A program made the translations under genes and the position numbers. The notes under the pieces were generated by a model, which searched no databases, had not been told where the DNA came from, and was given only the letters and a program-made list of their open reading frames with translations. This document shows, piece by piece, positions 30,049 to 42,935 of a stretch of 64,000 bases of DNA; position 1 is the stretch's first letter; every line of letters begins with the position of its first letter. Origin of the DNA: Rebecca billardiae RCC1528 (Eukaryota > Protista > Haptophyta); assembly GCA_965240325.2 (NCBI GenBank), contig OZ251230.1:682001-746000 (forward strand). The letters run 5' to 3'.

Positions 30049-32329
30049 CGCGGCGCGATGCCTGCGCCCAGGCTTCGCGCCGCGTTCGACGACGTGCCGT
30101 GTCGCATGCGCAGTCGTGCGCTGGCTGTGAGCCAGGGGCCTTGTGGATGCCACCCGCAGCAGCTTTGGCCGCCTCCTGCTCTGGCGGCTGATCGGGCCGC
30201 GGAGACTACGGGAGAGTCGGAGACTCTGCTCTCGTCGTGACTGGTCTGTCTTGGCGTCACGGCTGATCCTTGGGCGCCTGCCGATGCTGCCCGGCGACGG
30301 CAATGCGTCGGTGGAATGGCTCAGTGCTCATGAGACAGCGAGTAGTGCCGCGCAGCCGTGCAGGCCCGCGGCCAGCCGGGCCCGCAGCGGGCGGCACGCC
30401 GGCCTCGGGACTCTGCATCAGTGGCAGTGCCAGTGGCCTACCGCCACACGCTTGTGACAGTTACAGCCACGCGGGCCGCGGCCGGCCGGGAGCCAGTCGG
30501 CGGCTCCTGGGAATGGGATTGATCTGAACCACTAGTGTCTTTGACATGCCGTGTCACACCGATCGCGATGTGATGCCGACATGCCGGCCCGGCGACTGTT
30601 ATTCATCGATTTCAGGGAATGACCCGTTGCACGCGTGAGCGCCGAAAAAACGACACTTTGGCAGTGATAGTCATCACCGTCGCCGCATCGTGGGCATGCC
30701 GCTGCCGCCGCCGGCGGCGGCAGCGGGAGCGTGGCAGCAGATCTACCACCTTCCGCGTTACGCGCTGCGTCGTGCGCGCCAGGTGGCAGGTTTCCCAGGT
30801 CCGCCGCGCGGAAGGCAGCGTGAGCGGTCGGCGAGCGCACGGAGGTGAGAAGTAAGCGCGCATCGTGAGAGCTTCAGCAGCTTGCCCACGCGCTTCACGA
30901 AGGCGGTGCGGTTGCGTGCGCACGCCTTCTGTACCCGTACACGCGATCAAAGCGTGAGCCACTCCCTAGGTCTTGCCTGCGCATCGCGGGCCGCGCCTCG
31001 TCTCCTGAATCCTCGTTCACGAGGACAGCACGTGTATCCGTGTACGCGCTCGCGGCCGATGGCGGCTCCCCGCGTCGAGAGCCGTTTGGCTGGAGCCGCA
31101 TCCAAGGGCATATATCGTCACGGCCCCACCCGATGCTGACGCTGAGGTGGCGTGCTTGCCGAAGGTAGCCGCATTGGCTGATCTCTCTGCCTTTGGGCAA
31201 CCCTTTGCAACCGCGCCGGCTCACGCTGCCAGCGCGCGCGCGGCGTGGCTTCGTGGTGGACACCTGCCCTGGGTTTTGTCGTTCGTTCTCAGCGACGGTT
31301 GGGTCGATTGACATGCGGATTGGATTGGTGCATTGCGAATCGGCTTCGCAATGCACCATTGCGCTCGGATCGGCGCGGACGTCAGCCATGCGGCAGCGCG
31401 AGCGACAAAACCGCGAGATTTCATACGCTTGTCGTTTTTTCATACGCTCACGGTTACTCACCCGTGCAACGGGTCGAATCGTGAACTCGGAATCAGGGCC
31501 GCCGCCCGTGCCCGCCATCATATTCATGAATCATGATCAGCCCATCACGGCCCCGAGATTAGGCACTCAATCAGATCCGACGCCGCGGCCCGGCTGCCGA
31601 CGCCGGACCCGGTCCAGCGTGACTGTGGCTGTGCCATGTGCGTCACTGCGTGACTGACAGACGGTGAGCGGACCATCGACGACGACCAGCCCGCGGCCGC
31701 GCTGACGCGGAGTGCCGTCTTATGACGCGGCACTGAAGACTGAAGTCAGACTGCGAGGCTGGCTAAGTGATGAACCGGTTTGGCGGTTGAGTCATTCAAT
31801 CTCATTCTACAATGATTTGACGACACAGGTAGGACGACGCGGGTCTCCTGATTCGTCGGTGGCAGTGCCCGATCGTCGACTCACTGTGACGCGGTTGAGC
31901 CGTGAGCCGGAGCGGGCCCGGCAGTGCTGAGTGCAACTGCAGACCGGACCGGAATGCAGAGTCGTTGCAGCCTCCGCCATGTTAATGTACTTGTCAATCC
32001 GTGCGGGCGTGAGTCACGTGAGCTGACACTCAGCAGTTAGCTGCCGGAGAAGGTGACGCCGCGGCCACGACGCAGCACTGACGCCGTGTCCGACGATCCA
32101 GGCTGACTGAGTGAGTGACCAGTTGTGAACTGTGAGTGACTGGCTGAGCCACTTTTTAGCCCGATTCCGGGAACGCGGGTGGAAGTCCTCAAAGCCGGAC
32201 TCGTGCTCGCCGTTGGCAATTTATGTCTCCGCGACCAACGGCCTGCTCCCGTACCGTACGCTTTTCGGCCGCGAGGGGCGCAGTGCGCCAGTGCCGCAGT
32301 CACCGGTAGGGTTGGCCACGGCCGATGTC

Positions 32330-34455
32330 ATGACGACAACGGTGGTGCGAGGCGTCCACGAGTTCCGCCCGGAGGGCCAGCGGGAGGCGTTCACGTGCAC
32401 GCACGTCGCCATCGTGCAATATGGTTCGCGCGCGTCGCGCCGCGCCTGCAGCACCAAGAGAAGTTGCCTAAGCTGATTCGCGCGCCCACCCGCCCGCCCT
32501 GCCGCACAGGCCAGTCGCCATGCCTCATGTATGTCGGCAGCCCGCTGCCGGCGGCGGGCGACCGGCGCGCGAAGGTGCAGCCACGCGCGCGAGCCGCTGC
32601 CCCCCCTCCGTGCCTCTCCACCCCGCAGCCGTGCTGGTGACTGCGACGCACGTGGGTGCCGCGTGCCAGACGCCGCCTGACGCGGCGCGCACCGCCGCCC
32701 GCGCACGCGCCGTCGCCCGAGCAGCGAGCGTCCGCCGAGCCCGCGCAGGCTGCCATCTTCGCGCCGATCAAGGACACCATCTTCTACGGCGAGAACCGCG
32801 GGGACGGCAGGCTCAACCTGATCTCGGCCGGCCACGGCAAGCTGAGCCTGCGGCCCGAGCTGAGCGATGAGGACTCGCTGCGTGCACTGGGCACGATCGC
32901 TGAGGCGGTGCAGAACGGCGAGCACTCGCTCGCCCTGGCAAGCGAGCTGCCGACCAAGCAGCAGCTCGAGCAGCTCCTGCGCGAGCGCGGGGAGCTGCGC
33001 GCCGCTGCGGACGGGAGCGCCAAGAAGCGCAAGGTGGGGGGACCGTCGGCCGTCGCGCCACGCAACTCGCTCTCGGGCGTGAGAGCGGGCGCTGCGCGGC
33101 GCGGGGGCGCCTTCGGCATCGAGCTGGGCCTGTCAGCCGACGACAAGGCGTGGCGGCCGAGCGCTGGCGTGGGCGCGCACGGCGAGACGGGCGGCCGGCG
33201 CGCGCCGCTCGACGCTGGCGCTGCCCGCGCCGCCCCGGCCGCGGCGGCCCCGCCGCGCGCTCCCGGCGCCGGCGCGCCGCCGCGGCAGGCCCAGCACGGC
33301 GCCGAGGCGCCCGCGCCCGCGCAGGCCCGCCCGCCGCAGCCGCACCCGTGCGAAGCGGTCAGCAGGCCGCCTCCGCCGCCCCCCGCCGCCACGCGGCGGG
33401 AGGGGTCGGGAGGCGGCGCGCTGGGCGCGTCGCACAGGTACGGCTGCGGCGGCCGCGGCCAGCTGCTCGAGCACCGGCGCGGCTTCCACAACCCCGGGAC
33501 GCTGTGCTACGTGAACGCCACGATCGTCGCGCTCTTCCAGGCGCGCGCCTTCGTCGACGCGCTCTGCGCCGACGTGGCTGCCGCAGAGGCGGCGGCGAAG
33601 GCGCGCGGCGCGGCGGGCGCGCGCGGCGCGTCGCCTCCGGTCTCGACCGAGCTCGCGCGGCTGGGCCGCGAGTTCCTCGCGCGGGAGCGGCGCGTGCGCG
33701 TGCGCGGGAGCGCGGGCACTGGCGGCTCGCGCGCGCCCGTCGCCGCCGCGATCGGCTCCGCCGTCGCCGAGCGGCCGATGAGCGCCCTCGAGCTCAAGGC
33801 GCGCGTGGGCGCGCTGCGCCGCCAGTTTGCGCCCAACGCGCAGCAGGACGCCCACGAGCTGCTCTTCGACCTGCTCGACGTGGTGCACGGCGAGCTCGAC
33901 GGGGCGCGGGGCGCGGCGGGGGGCGGCGGGAAGGGCGCGCCGGGCGCGCAAGCCGACGGCGGCGCGCGGAGCACGGCGCGCGCGCCGCCGGGCGGCGCGA
34001 GCGGCGCAGCGGCGGAGCCGACGCCGACGGCGGCGGCCGGCGCCCCCGCCGCCTCCGACGGTGCGGGCGCAGCCGCGGCGGCGGCTGGTGGCGCGCCCAC
34101 GCCGCCGCCCGTCGCCACGTCGTCGACGGCAGCCGCTGCGGCGACGTGCGCCACGCCCGCGGCGCTCGCCGCGCTCGAGCACACCCCCGACGAGCCGCCC
34201 GCCGCCGGCGCCGCCAACGCTGCGGGGGGCGTGGGCGGCGCGGCGGGCGGCGGCGCGGCGCGTGTGTGCACGGCGGCGGGCCCAGCCAAGCCGGGTTGCA
34301 CGGCCGTGTCCATGCACTTCCATGCCGAGATCTCGCGCAAGTTCGAGTGCTCGCGCTGCCGGCGCACGTGGACGGCGGCGGCGCCGGAGCTCAGCTCGAT
34401 CATCTCGCTCGATCTGCCGCCCAAGCCGCACAGCGGCGGCGGCGGGGCGCAGGCA

Positions 34456-34503
<48 letters not shown>

Positions 34504-36354
34504 CATGGCGGCAGCGGCGCGCCCCCACCGGCTGGCCGCCATCCGAGCGCGAGCGCTTCGCCCGCCTCCTTGCAGGCGCTGCTTGAGACGTACTTCACGC
34601 CGTTCGACGTGGAGGTCCGGTGCGAGACGTGCGCGCACTCGAGCGCGCGCGTCACCCCGGTCCTCGCCTCCCTCCCCGCGTCGCTCGCGCTGCACCTGAA
34701 GCGATTTGAGATCGAGCCGCGCACAGGCCAGAGCGCCAAGCGCTCAGACCCGGTGCGGCTGCAGCCGCTCATCGACCTGTCGTTCGCGTGCACCAAGGCG
34801 ACGCGGCTGCCGCCGCCGAGCGCGCGGGGCGGCGGGGAGCGCGCCGCCGCGCCCTCGCCGCCGCGCGAGCACCTGCCGGCTGCCGCCCCCGCGGCGGGCG
34901 CGCCCCCGCCGCCGCCGCCGCCGCCACCCTCGTGTGCCCCGGAGCCTCGGCGGCAGCTGCAGTACCCGGGGCAGCAGGAGGGCGCGCCGCCGGAGCCGCG
35001 GCGCGCGGCCGCGCCAAGGGCGGGGGCGTGCGCGGCGGGTGGCCCCGCGTGCGCGCTCGGCGCGAGCGCCAACGGGCGCGGCGCGGCGATGCAGCGCACC
35101 GCCGCCGCGCGCGGGCCGCAAGGCCCGGCGGCGCGCGCTTGCGCGGGCCCGCGCCCCGCGGCACAGCCGGCCGTCCCGCCGCGCGGCGACGTCGGCGGCG
35201 GCGGCGGCGGCGGGCGCGGCTCGATGGCCAGCCGAGTGGGCAGCGGCGAGCGGCGCAAGCAGCAGGAGGACAACGAGCTCGTGCGCGCGCTCGAGGCGTC
35301 GCAGCTCTCGTGGGCGCTGGAGCAGTCAGTCAAGCAGTCAGTCAAGCAGTCAGTCAAGCGGTCAGTCAAGCAGTCAGGCGAGCAGTCAGCCAACCTCTCG
35401 CTGGGGCAGTCGCTGGAGCCGGGGCAGCGGGCGGAGGCGGCGCAGACCGCGCGGCCGGCGGGCGCGCGCGGTGCGGGCGCGGGGTCTGGCGCGCCCGCGG
35501 CGGTGATCGACCTGTGCGACGCGGCCGCGCACGACGAGGGCGGAAGCGACGGCGGCGGCGGCGACGGCGGCGACGGCGGCGGCGACGACCGCGGCACCGG
35601 CGGCGCCGGCGGCGGCCACAGCGCCGAGCCCGGCGATGGTGGCAGTGCCTTGGCTGCGGGGCTGCCGCCGCGCGCCGCTGCGTTGGCGCCGGAGGCCACG
35701 AGAGGCGGCGCGCCTCTCGGCCCGCCGCCCCAGCACGCCGCCATCGACCTCTCCATCCCGAGCCCGCGGCAGCAGACTCACGCCGACGACGGCGCAACCC
35801 CGGGCTCCGGAGCGCTGTGCGGCGGCACGGCCGGTGCGGCGGTGCGCGGCGACAAGGAGAACCGCAGGCCGGACGGCTCGACGGGCCAGAGCCCGGAGCG
35901 CACGCCCGTGCGCGCGCAGTACGCGCTGCAGGTGCGTGCGCGCATGCTCGCGCCCCCCGTGCCGACGCGACGCGACGCGACGCGACGCGCGCTCAACTCC
36001 CGCGCCGGCGCGGCGCGCTGGGCGCGCGCAGGGCGTCGTGCAGCACATCGGCCCGAGCGCGCAGTATGGGCACTACGTCGCCGCGACACGCGACGCGGCG
36101 TCAGGGCTGTGGACGCATCACGACGATGTCCACGTCACGCAGGTGTGCGTCCGCTCGCCGCGCCTGCGCACTCCCCTTCCCACGCGCGGCGCGATGCCGC
36201 AGCCGCTCACGCCGTGCCGCTCCGGCCGGCCGGCCGGCCGCGCTCGCGTGCGTGCGCATCGGATGCTCGCCTGCAGGGCGGCGGCGACCAGGTCCTCGAC
36301 GACGCGCGCATGCTCACACAGGCGTACCTGATGATCTTCACGCTCGTGCCTTGA
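32330..36354 (+). CDS. USP37-like ubiquitin-specific protease, multi-exon (introns include 35932-36031 and 36143-36276; 5' exons approximate)
   Basis: Cys box GFHNPGTLCYVNA; QQDAHE; two CxxC pairs; LHLKRF; UIM-like EDNELVRALEAS; spliced His box GVVQHIG..YGHY...W..HDD; AYLMIF; probable N-terminal PH-like domain. Confidence 0.85.
35323..35389 (+). repeat. 12-bp coding tandem repeat CAGTCAGTCAAG (QSVK)
   Basis: Direct reading, inside the USP gene. Confidence 0.85.
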
Positions 36355-36708
36355 GCCCGCGCCGCCCCGCTTGCCGTGGAGCGGCATTTCTTACGGAGCG
36401 CCAGGCCCAGGTGGGCGGTGTGCCCGTTCACGAAGGGGGCCTGTTCATGAGGAGTGCTGAAGGTAGATAGATACGCCGTGAGGTTCGTTACGAGTACCGT
36501 ACCGATGTACCCGTCCTGGGTACTCCATTCTGTAGGTGCGATTAGGGGAAATCGCGGTGCAGTCAAGCCTCCCCAGCACGGGAGCTGTTCAGCGCCCAGC
36601 TGTTCACGGGCGGCCTGGGGGCGCAAGCCGTGCGAACACACTCCGGCTTGGCGGCGCCGGCTGCCGAGCCTCGCCGGCCGCGGCGGTCCGCGCGGCCGGA
36701 TCGCGCAG

Positions 36709-38077
36709 ATGGTGGACGTGAGCCAGGGGGAGATCCAGACTCTCCTCGATGAGGTCTGGTCCACCGACACGATGGTGCGCCAGAACGCGGCCGCGACGCT
36801 CTCAAAGGTTGCGGCCAAGGCGAGCGACCCGATGCTCGAGGAGCTGAGTGCGCACTCGCCGATCTTCGTGGAGCTCCTGATGGAGGTGCGCGGAGCGCGT
36901 TGCACACGCGCACGCTCGCCGCGCCTCGCCGCGCCCCCACCTCCCGCCTGCCCCGCGCGCAGACGCGCGCACGACGGCCGCCGGTTACTGCTGGGCTCAT
37001 CACGCGCTCGCCGCCGCCGCGCGCGCGCGGCGTGCGCCAACCCGCGCAGGACGAGCCTCTGCTGCGCGCGTACACAGCGTGCATCATCGCCAACGTGGCC
37101 TTCCTCGAGGTCGGGCAGAAGCGGGTGATGGAGGCGGGCGGCGTGCCGCTGATTGTGCGGCTGCTGCGGCAGCGCGACCGCAAGGTGCAGCTGCACTCGT
37201 CCGCGGCGGTGCAGAACCTCACGTACAAGAACCCGCTGTGCTGCGCGGCTGTGCTTGAGGAGGGCGGCGAGAAGTGGCTGAACAAGCTGCTCCGCCATAA
37301 GTCCGAGGACATCCAGCAGTTCGCCGCGGGCGCGCTCGCCAACCTGCAGCTGTACCGGCGCTCGCTCGAGCAGGACCGGGCGGGCAAGGGCGGCAAGGGC
37401 GCGTCGTCGAAGCGCTCGTCTGCGCGGTCGACGCAGGCAGCGACGCAGATCCAGGCGGCCGTGCGCGGCCACCTCGCGCGCGTGCGGTACGAGGAGCTCC
37501 TGCGCGACCTGCACGGCCCGAACGCCGAGCGCAGCAGAGCAAGCGGCATGGGCAACGGCTTTGGCAGGCGGCAGGCCGCGGGCACCACCGACCTGGTGGG
37601 CAGCAATCGGTACGACGTCTTCCGCGTGAAGGACGTGCGCACACAGCTCGACATCCTGCCGCCGTCGCTGCCGCCCATCGGCGGCGGCGGCGCCCCGCCC
37701 GCCCAGCGCTCCGCCGCCATCCGCAACGTGGGCGCGCTGCAGCCGGCCGTCCCCGGCGCCTCGACCAAGGGCGGGCCGCGCCGGCTCGAGCCGCTGTCCA
37801 AGCCACCGCCTCCACGTGCGCGCAGCGCGCCGCGCGGCCGGGCGCGCGCGAGCAGCGGGGGCGAGGGCCGGCGTGCCGACCCGCGCGTGTGCTCACGCCC
37901 CCCGCGCGCGCCCGCGCCGTGCCGCCCCGCGCAGTGAACTCGATGAGCCTTCTGAACGGCGGGGGCGCGGGCGGCGCAGGGCCCGCGGCTGCGAGCGCGC
38001 CGCCCATAGCCTCGGTGGGCCAGCAGCGTGGCGGGGGCAGCAAGGCGCTGCCTATGCTCACCGGGCGGAGGCAGTGA
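36709..38077 (+). CDS. Armadillo-repeat + IQ-motif protein; introns 36886-37049 and 37816-37934
   Basis: EAGGVPLIVRLL; AAGALANL; IQ motif AATQIQAAVRGHLAR. Splice phases are consistent. Confidence 0.8.
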
Positions 38078-38703
38078 GGCCGGCATGCGGCGCGGCGGGT
38101 GTGCCGCCGCGCCGCGCGGCTCCTGGCCGCCGCTCGCGCTCGCCAACCTTCGCGAGCCCGTTTGTGTGCGCTTCGATCCTCACGACGGACCACCCGGCGA
38201 ACACCCGCCGGCGGTCTCGGTCGCGTGTGCCGGCGGGTGCCACCGGCCATCGCTGCGCACGCACCCGGCAGTGGGCGCTTGCCGGGCGACGCCTGTGTCT
38301 TGCCACCCATGGCGCTGAGGATCACTCGCGAGCCCTGCGCAACGCTGCTCGGGTCACGGCTCATGCCGGTGAGTCGTGACGGCGCCATGACCCTCACTCA
38401 CCCAGCGGCCAGCAGGCGCAGTGCCACTGCCAGGCCCAGGACCCGGATGGCGATAGCCTCAAGCCCTGGGCTCACGGCGGCGTCCGACTGTCCGAGAAGT
38501 CGGCACTCGGCCACTCGCCGGATACGACGGCGGAGTTGCTGCGGCGCGCGCGCTTGCGGGCGGAGTTGCGACTACGACGATATTCATTATTCTGCTGATG
38601 TAAGTCGGATGACGGGTGTCACGACTGACTCACGACGAGTGTACAGTCACGACACTGACTCACGTATAACATGCAATTATTATTGATTGACGCGGACATA
38701 TCG

Positions 38704-38719
38704 ATATATATATATATTG

Positions 38720-38751
<32 letters not shown>
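38704..38751. repeat. (TA)n tract flanking the foldback element
   Basis: Direct reading. Confidence 0.9.
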
Positions 38752-39723
<972 letters not shown>

Positions 39724-39910
39724 CGATGATGTCGACGACGGCGTATGAAGCCTATGATGCCGCGCCGACGATGGCGGCGACCAAGTTACTGCTGAAAGTG
39801 AGTAAATAAACTATCGTCGCACGGTGCCTGCGTCGCCGTCAGCCGATCACACGTCACCACGGGCACGGCGTGGCGGCGTGCTCCTCACTGACAGGCCTCA
39901 CGGCCACGCC

Positions 39911-42747
39911 TCACGTGTGCAGCAGGACGCGTCTCGTGCGAGGCACCGGGTCCGTGTCACGCATGAGCAGCTCCAGGTCCGCGTCGCTCGGGCGCGCGGC
40001 CAGAAGCGTGGCGCCGCCGAGCGGCGTGCCAAACACTGGCGTGCGCGCGCCGTCGGCGTCAGCGTGCAGCGCCGGGGCGGCTGCGGACGCGCCCCGCTGC
40101 GGCCGCGGCGTGAGCGCCTCGCCGTCGACGCTCGCGCGCGGGGTGGGCTGCTGCGCGTCCGCGCGCCGGCGCTCGGCGCGCGCGAGGTCGCCCTCCGCCT
40201 CCTCGAGCTCCGCCGCGAGCACGTGCGCCTCCACGATGGCCGCCTGCGCGGACGCGGCCGCGCGCGAGCCCTGCGCGTGCAGCTCAGCGGCCAGCTGTGA
40301 CAGCAGCTGCTGGGAGGAGGCGTGTCGCGCCTGGCCCGGCGGCGTGGGGGCGGGGCGGGCGGGCGGGCGGGCGAGCGGCGGGGAGTCGGGGAGGGGCGTC
40401 ACCGGCAGCCGAGCGCAAGCGGGTGGGCCCGTGCGCAGCCGCGCGCGGCGCGACACATCACATCAGCGGGGCGGCGCGCGCGCTCACCGCGGCCGCCTCC
40501 GCCTCCGCGTGCGAGCGCTGCAGCTGCGCGCGCAGTGCCTCGGCCTCGGCCGCGCTCGCCTGCCCCGCGGCGTGCTGCTGCGCAAGGGCCGCCTGCAGCT
40601 GTGCCTGCGCCTGCCCGAGGCTGAGCACCTCGGCTCTCAGCGCGTCACACGCGCGCGCGCTCTCCGCCGCGCGCTCGGCGCTGCGGCCCGCCTCGGCGGT
40701 GGCGGCCGCACCGTCCGCGCGCGCGCGCGACAAAGCGTCCTCGCAGCCGCGCAGCGCGCGCTCCGCCTCCTCGCGCCGCGCCTCGGCGCGCGCGACGGCG
40801 CGCTCGGCGCGGAAGCCCGGCGCGCCTCCCACCGCGCCACGCCTCGGCACCCCGTCCGCGCCGCTCGGCCGTCGGCCGCCATCCGAGCCGCCGCCCACGC
40901 TGCCGCCAGCCGGCGCGCGCGCGCGCTCAGCGCCCGACTGCTGTGGGCCGCTGTTGCCCTGCGCTGCGGAGGCGGGCGCGCTCGGCCTGGGCGCGCGCTC
41001 TGCGGCGTGCCTCGCGCGCTCCGCGTCCCGCTCGGCGCGCTCCGCCGCCACCTGCTCGGTCAGGCCCTGCGCACGCGGCGCGCAGGCGTCGAGCCGCGCG
41101 CGGGCGATGAGCGAGCGTCAGCGGCGCGCGTCAGCGGCGGCACACGGCCACAGCCGCTGCGCTGTGTGGCGCAGCCGGCGGCGGACAGCGCGGCGCGGCG
41201 CAGCGGCGCCGCGGCATGCGCGCGCGCGCGGCGCGCGCGGCGCGCGCGGTGCGCACTGGGCGCGCGAGCTCGGGCGTGCAGCGCACCTTGAGCGCTTGCA
41301 CGAGCACGCCCTTGTCCGCGCGCGCCCGCGCCGCCTCCTCCTCCGCCCTGCGCAGCCGCGCCTCCGTCCGGCTCAGCTTGGCGACGAGGGCGGAGGCGGC
41401 GTCGTGACCGTCTGCTGCCACCGCGCCGACGGTGGCGTGCGCGTACTGCGCGTCGCGCTGCAGCCGCTCGCGCTCCTTGTGCGCGGCGGCGAGCTGGCGC
41501 TCGAGCTCGGCGGCGCGCGCCTCGGCGGTAGCCTGCGCCTGCGCCGCCGCCTTCTGCCCCGCCACCGCCGCGCTGCGCTCGCGCTCGAGCACCCGCCGGT
41601 CGGCGCGCGTCGAGGCGGCCGCCGCCTCGAGCTGCGAGCGCGCGCCGTGCGCGTCCGCGCGCGCGGCCTGCAGCGCGGCGGCGTGCTCGTCGTCGGCGCG
41701 CGTGGCGGCGTGCCGCTCGTGCGCGAGGCGCCGGCTCGCGCCCGCGTGCGCGCGCTCCAGCCGCGCGATCTCCGCGCCGAGCTCCGCCTGCGCCACGGCC
41801 GCCTCCGCGTGCGCGCGCTGCGCCGCCCCTCGCTGGAAGGCCGCCTCGGCGCGCGCGGCGGAGAGCTCGGCCGCGCGCGCGTCCGCGGCGTCGTTCGCGC
41901 GCGCGAGCGCGTCGGCGAGCTGCTCGCGCGCGGCGTGCTCGTCGCGCAGGCTCTTGCGCGCCGCGAGCAGCTCGTCGCGCACCTCGCGCTCGCGCTGCTG
42001 CGCCGCGTGCTTGGGCGTCGCGGCGCGCGGCACGCCCGCGCCCGCGCCGCGCGCCGCCGGCCGCGCCGCGGGCGCGGGCTCGTAAGCGGCCGGCGTGGGC
42101 ACGGGGTCGGGGGCGGGCGCGAGGCGCGCGGCGCGGCCGGCGGGGCTCGAGCGCCGCCTGAGCTCCGCGCCCGCCTGCTGCGCGCCCGCCAGCGCGCTGC
42201 TCAGCCGCTCCACCTCCGCGCGCAGCTTGCGCCGCTCGCCGCCCGCCAGCAGCAGCGCCCTCCCCGTCGTGGCTAGCGAGCGCTCCATCGCGCGCAGCTC
42301 GGCGCAGAGCGAGGCGGTGTGCGCCTCCGCGCAGAGGAAGTCGAGCTCGGCGCGCCGCGCCATGTTGGACAGTAGGTAGCGCTGCGCGCGCGCCGCCTCG
42401 CGCCGCTCCTCCAGCTCCGCCTCGTCCGCAGAGTCGACGTCGTGCGCGCCGCCGCCGCACGAATCGACCAAAGCCGGGCGGGCAGCGCTTCGAGGCGAGG
42501 CGGCGGCGCGCGGCGAGGAGCCGACGTACCCGCTCGGTGCTGGCGCGTTGTCCACGCCCATCAGCACGGCTGCGTCGTGGCGCATGGGCGAGAGGCTGTT
42601 TGCGCGGCTCGAGATCGCGCCCACGGGCGCGCACGCCGCGAGCGCGGCCGTGTCGCGCGACGGGGACAGCGACCGCACGTACGGGGCGGCGCCCATCGGG
42701 CTCATCCGCTTCGATGCGGCGCCGGTGCCGGTGACGGCGAGGAGCAT
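39911..42747 (-). CDS. Hypothetical long coiled-coil protein, multi-exon (intron 41067-41286 and one near 40330-40487)
   Basis: Ala/Glu/Arg heptad-rich frames linked by GT..AG introns. Confidence 0.65.
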
Positions 42748-42935
42748 CGCGCCTGCTCTGTACGCGCGAGACGAGCGCTCACAAGCCGCTCAGCTCAGTC
42801 GCCTTGGGCGGCGTCCGCCATTGCCGCTGTTTAGCCGGTTTGAACTCCCAAAGTCCGGAAGCCACGAACGAGCGAGTCCGGTAGCGGCGGATTTGAATGG
42901 GCCTTGGTTTTTGGGTTGACTCTCCGCTCTCCGCC

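Noticed and set aside
30500-32100. Protein gene in the gap before the USP gene
   Set aside because: Only short ORFs with no motifs or host-like codon pattern.
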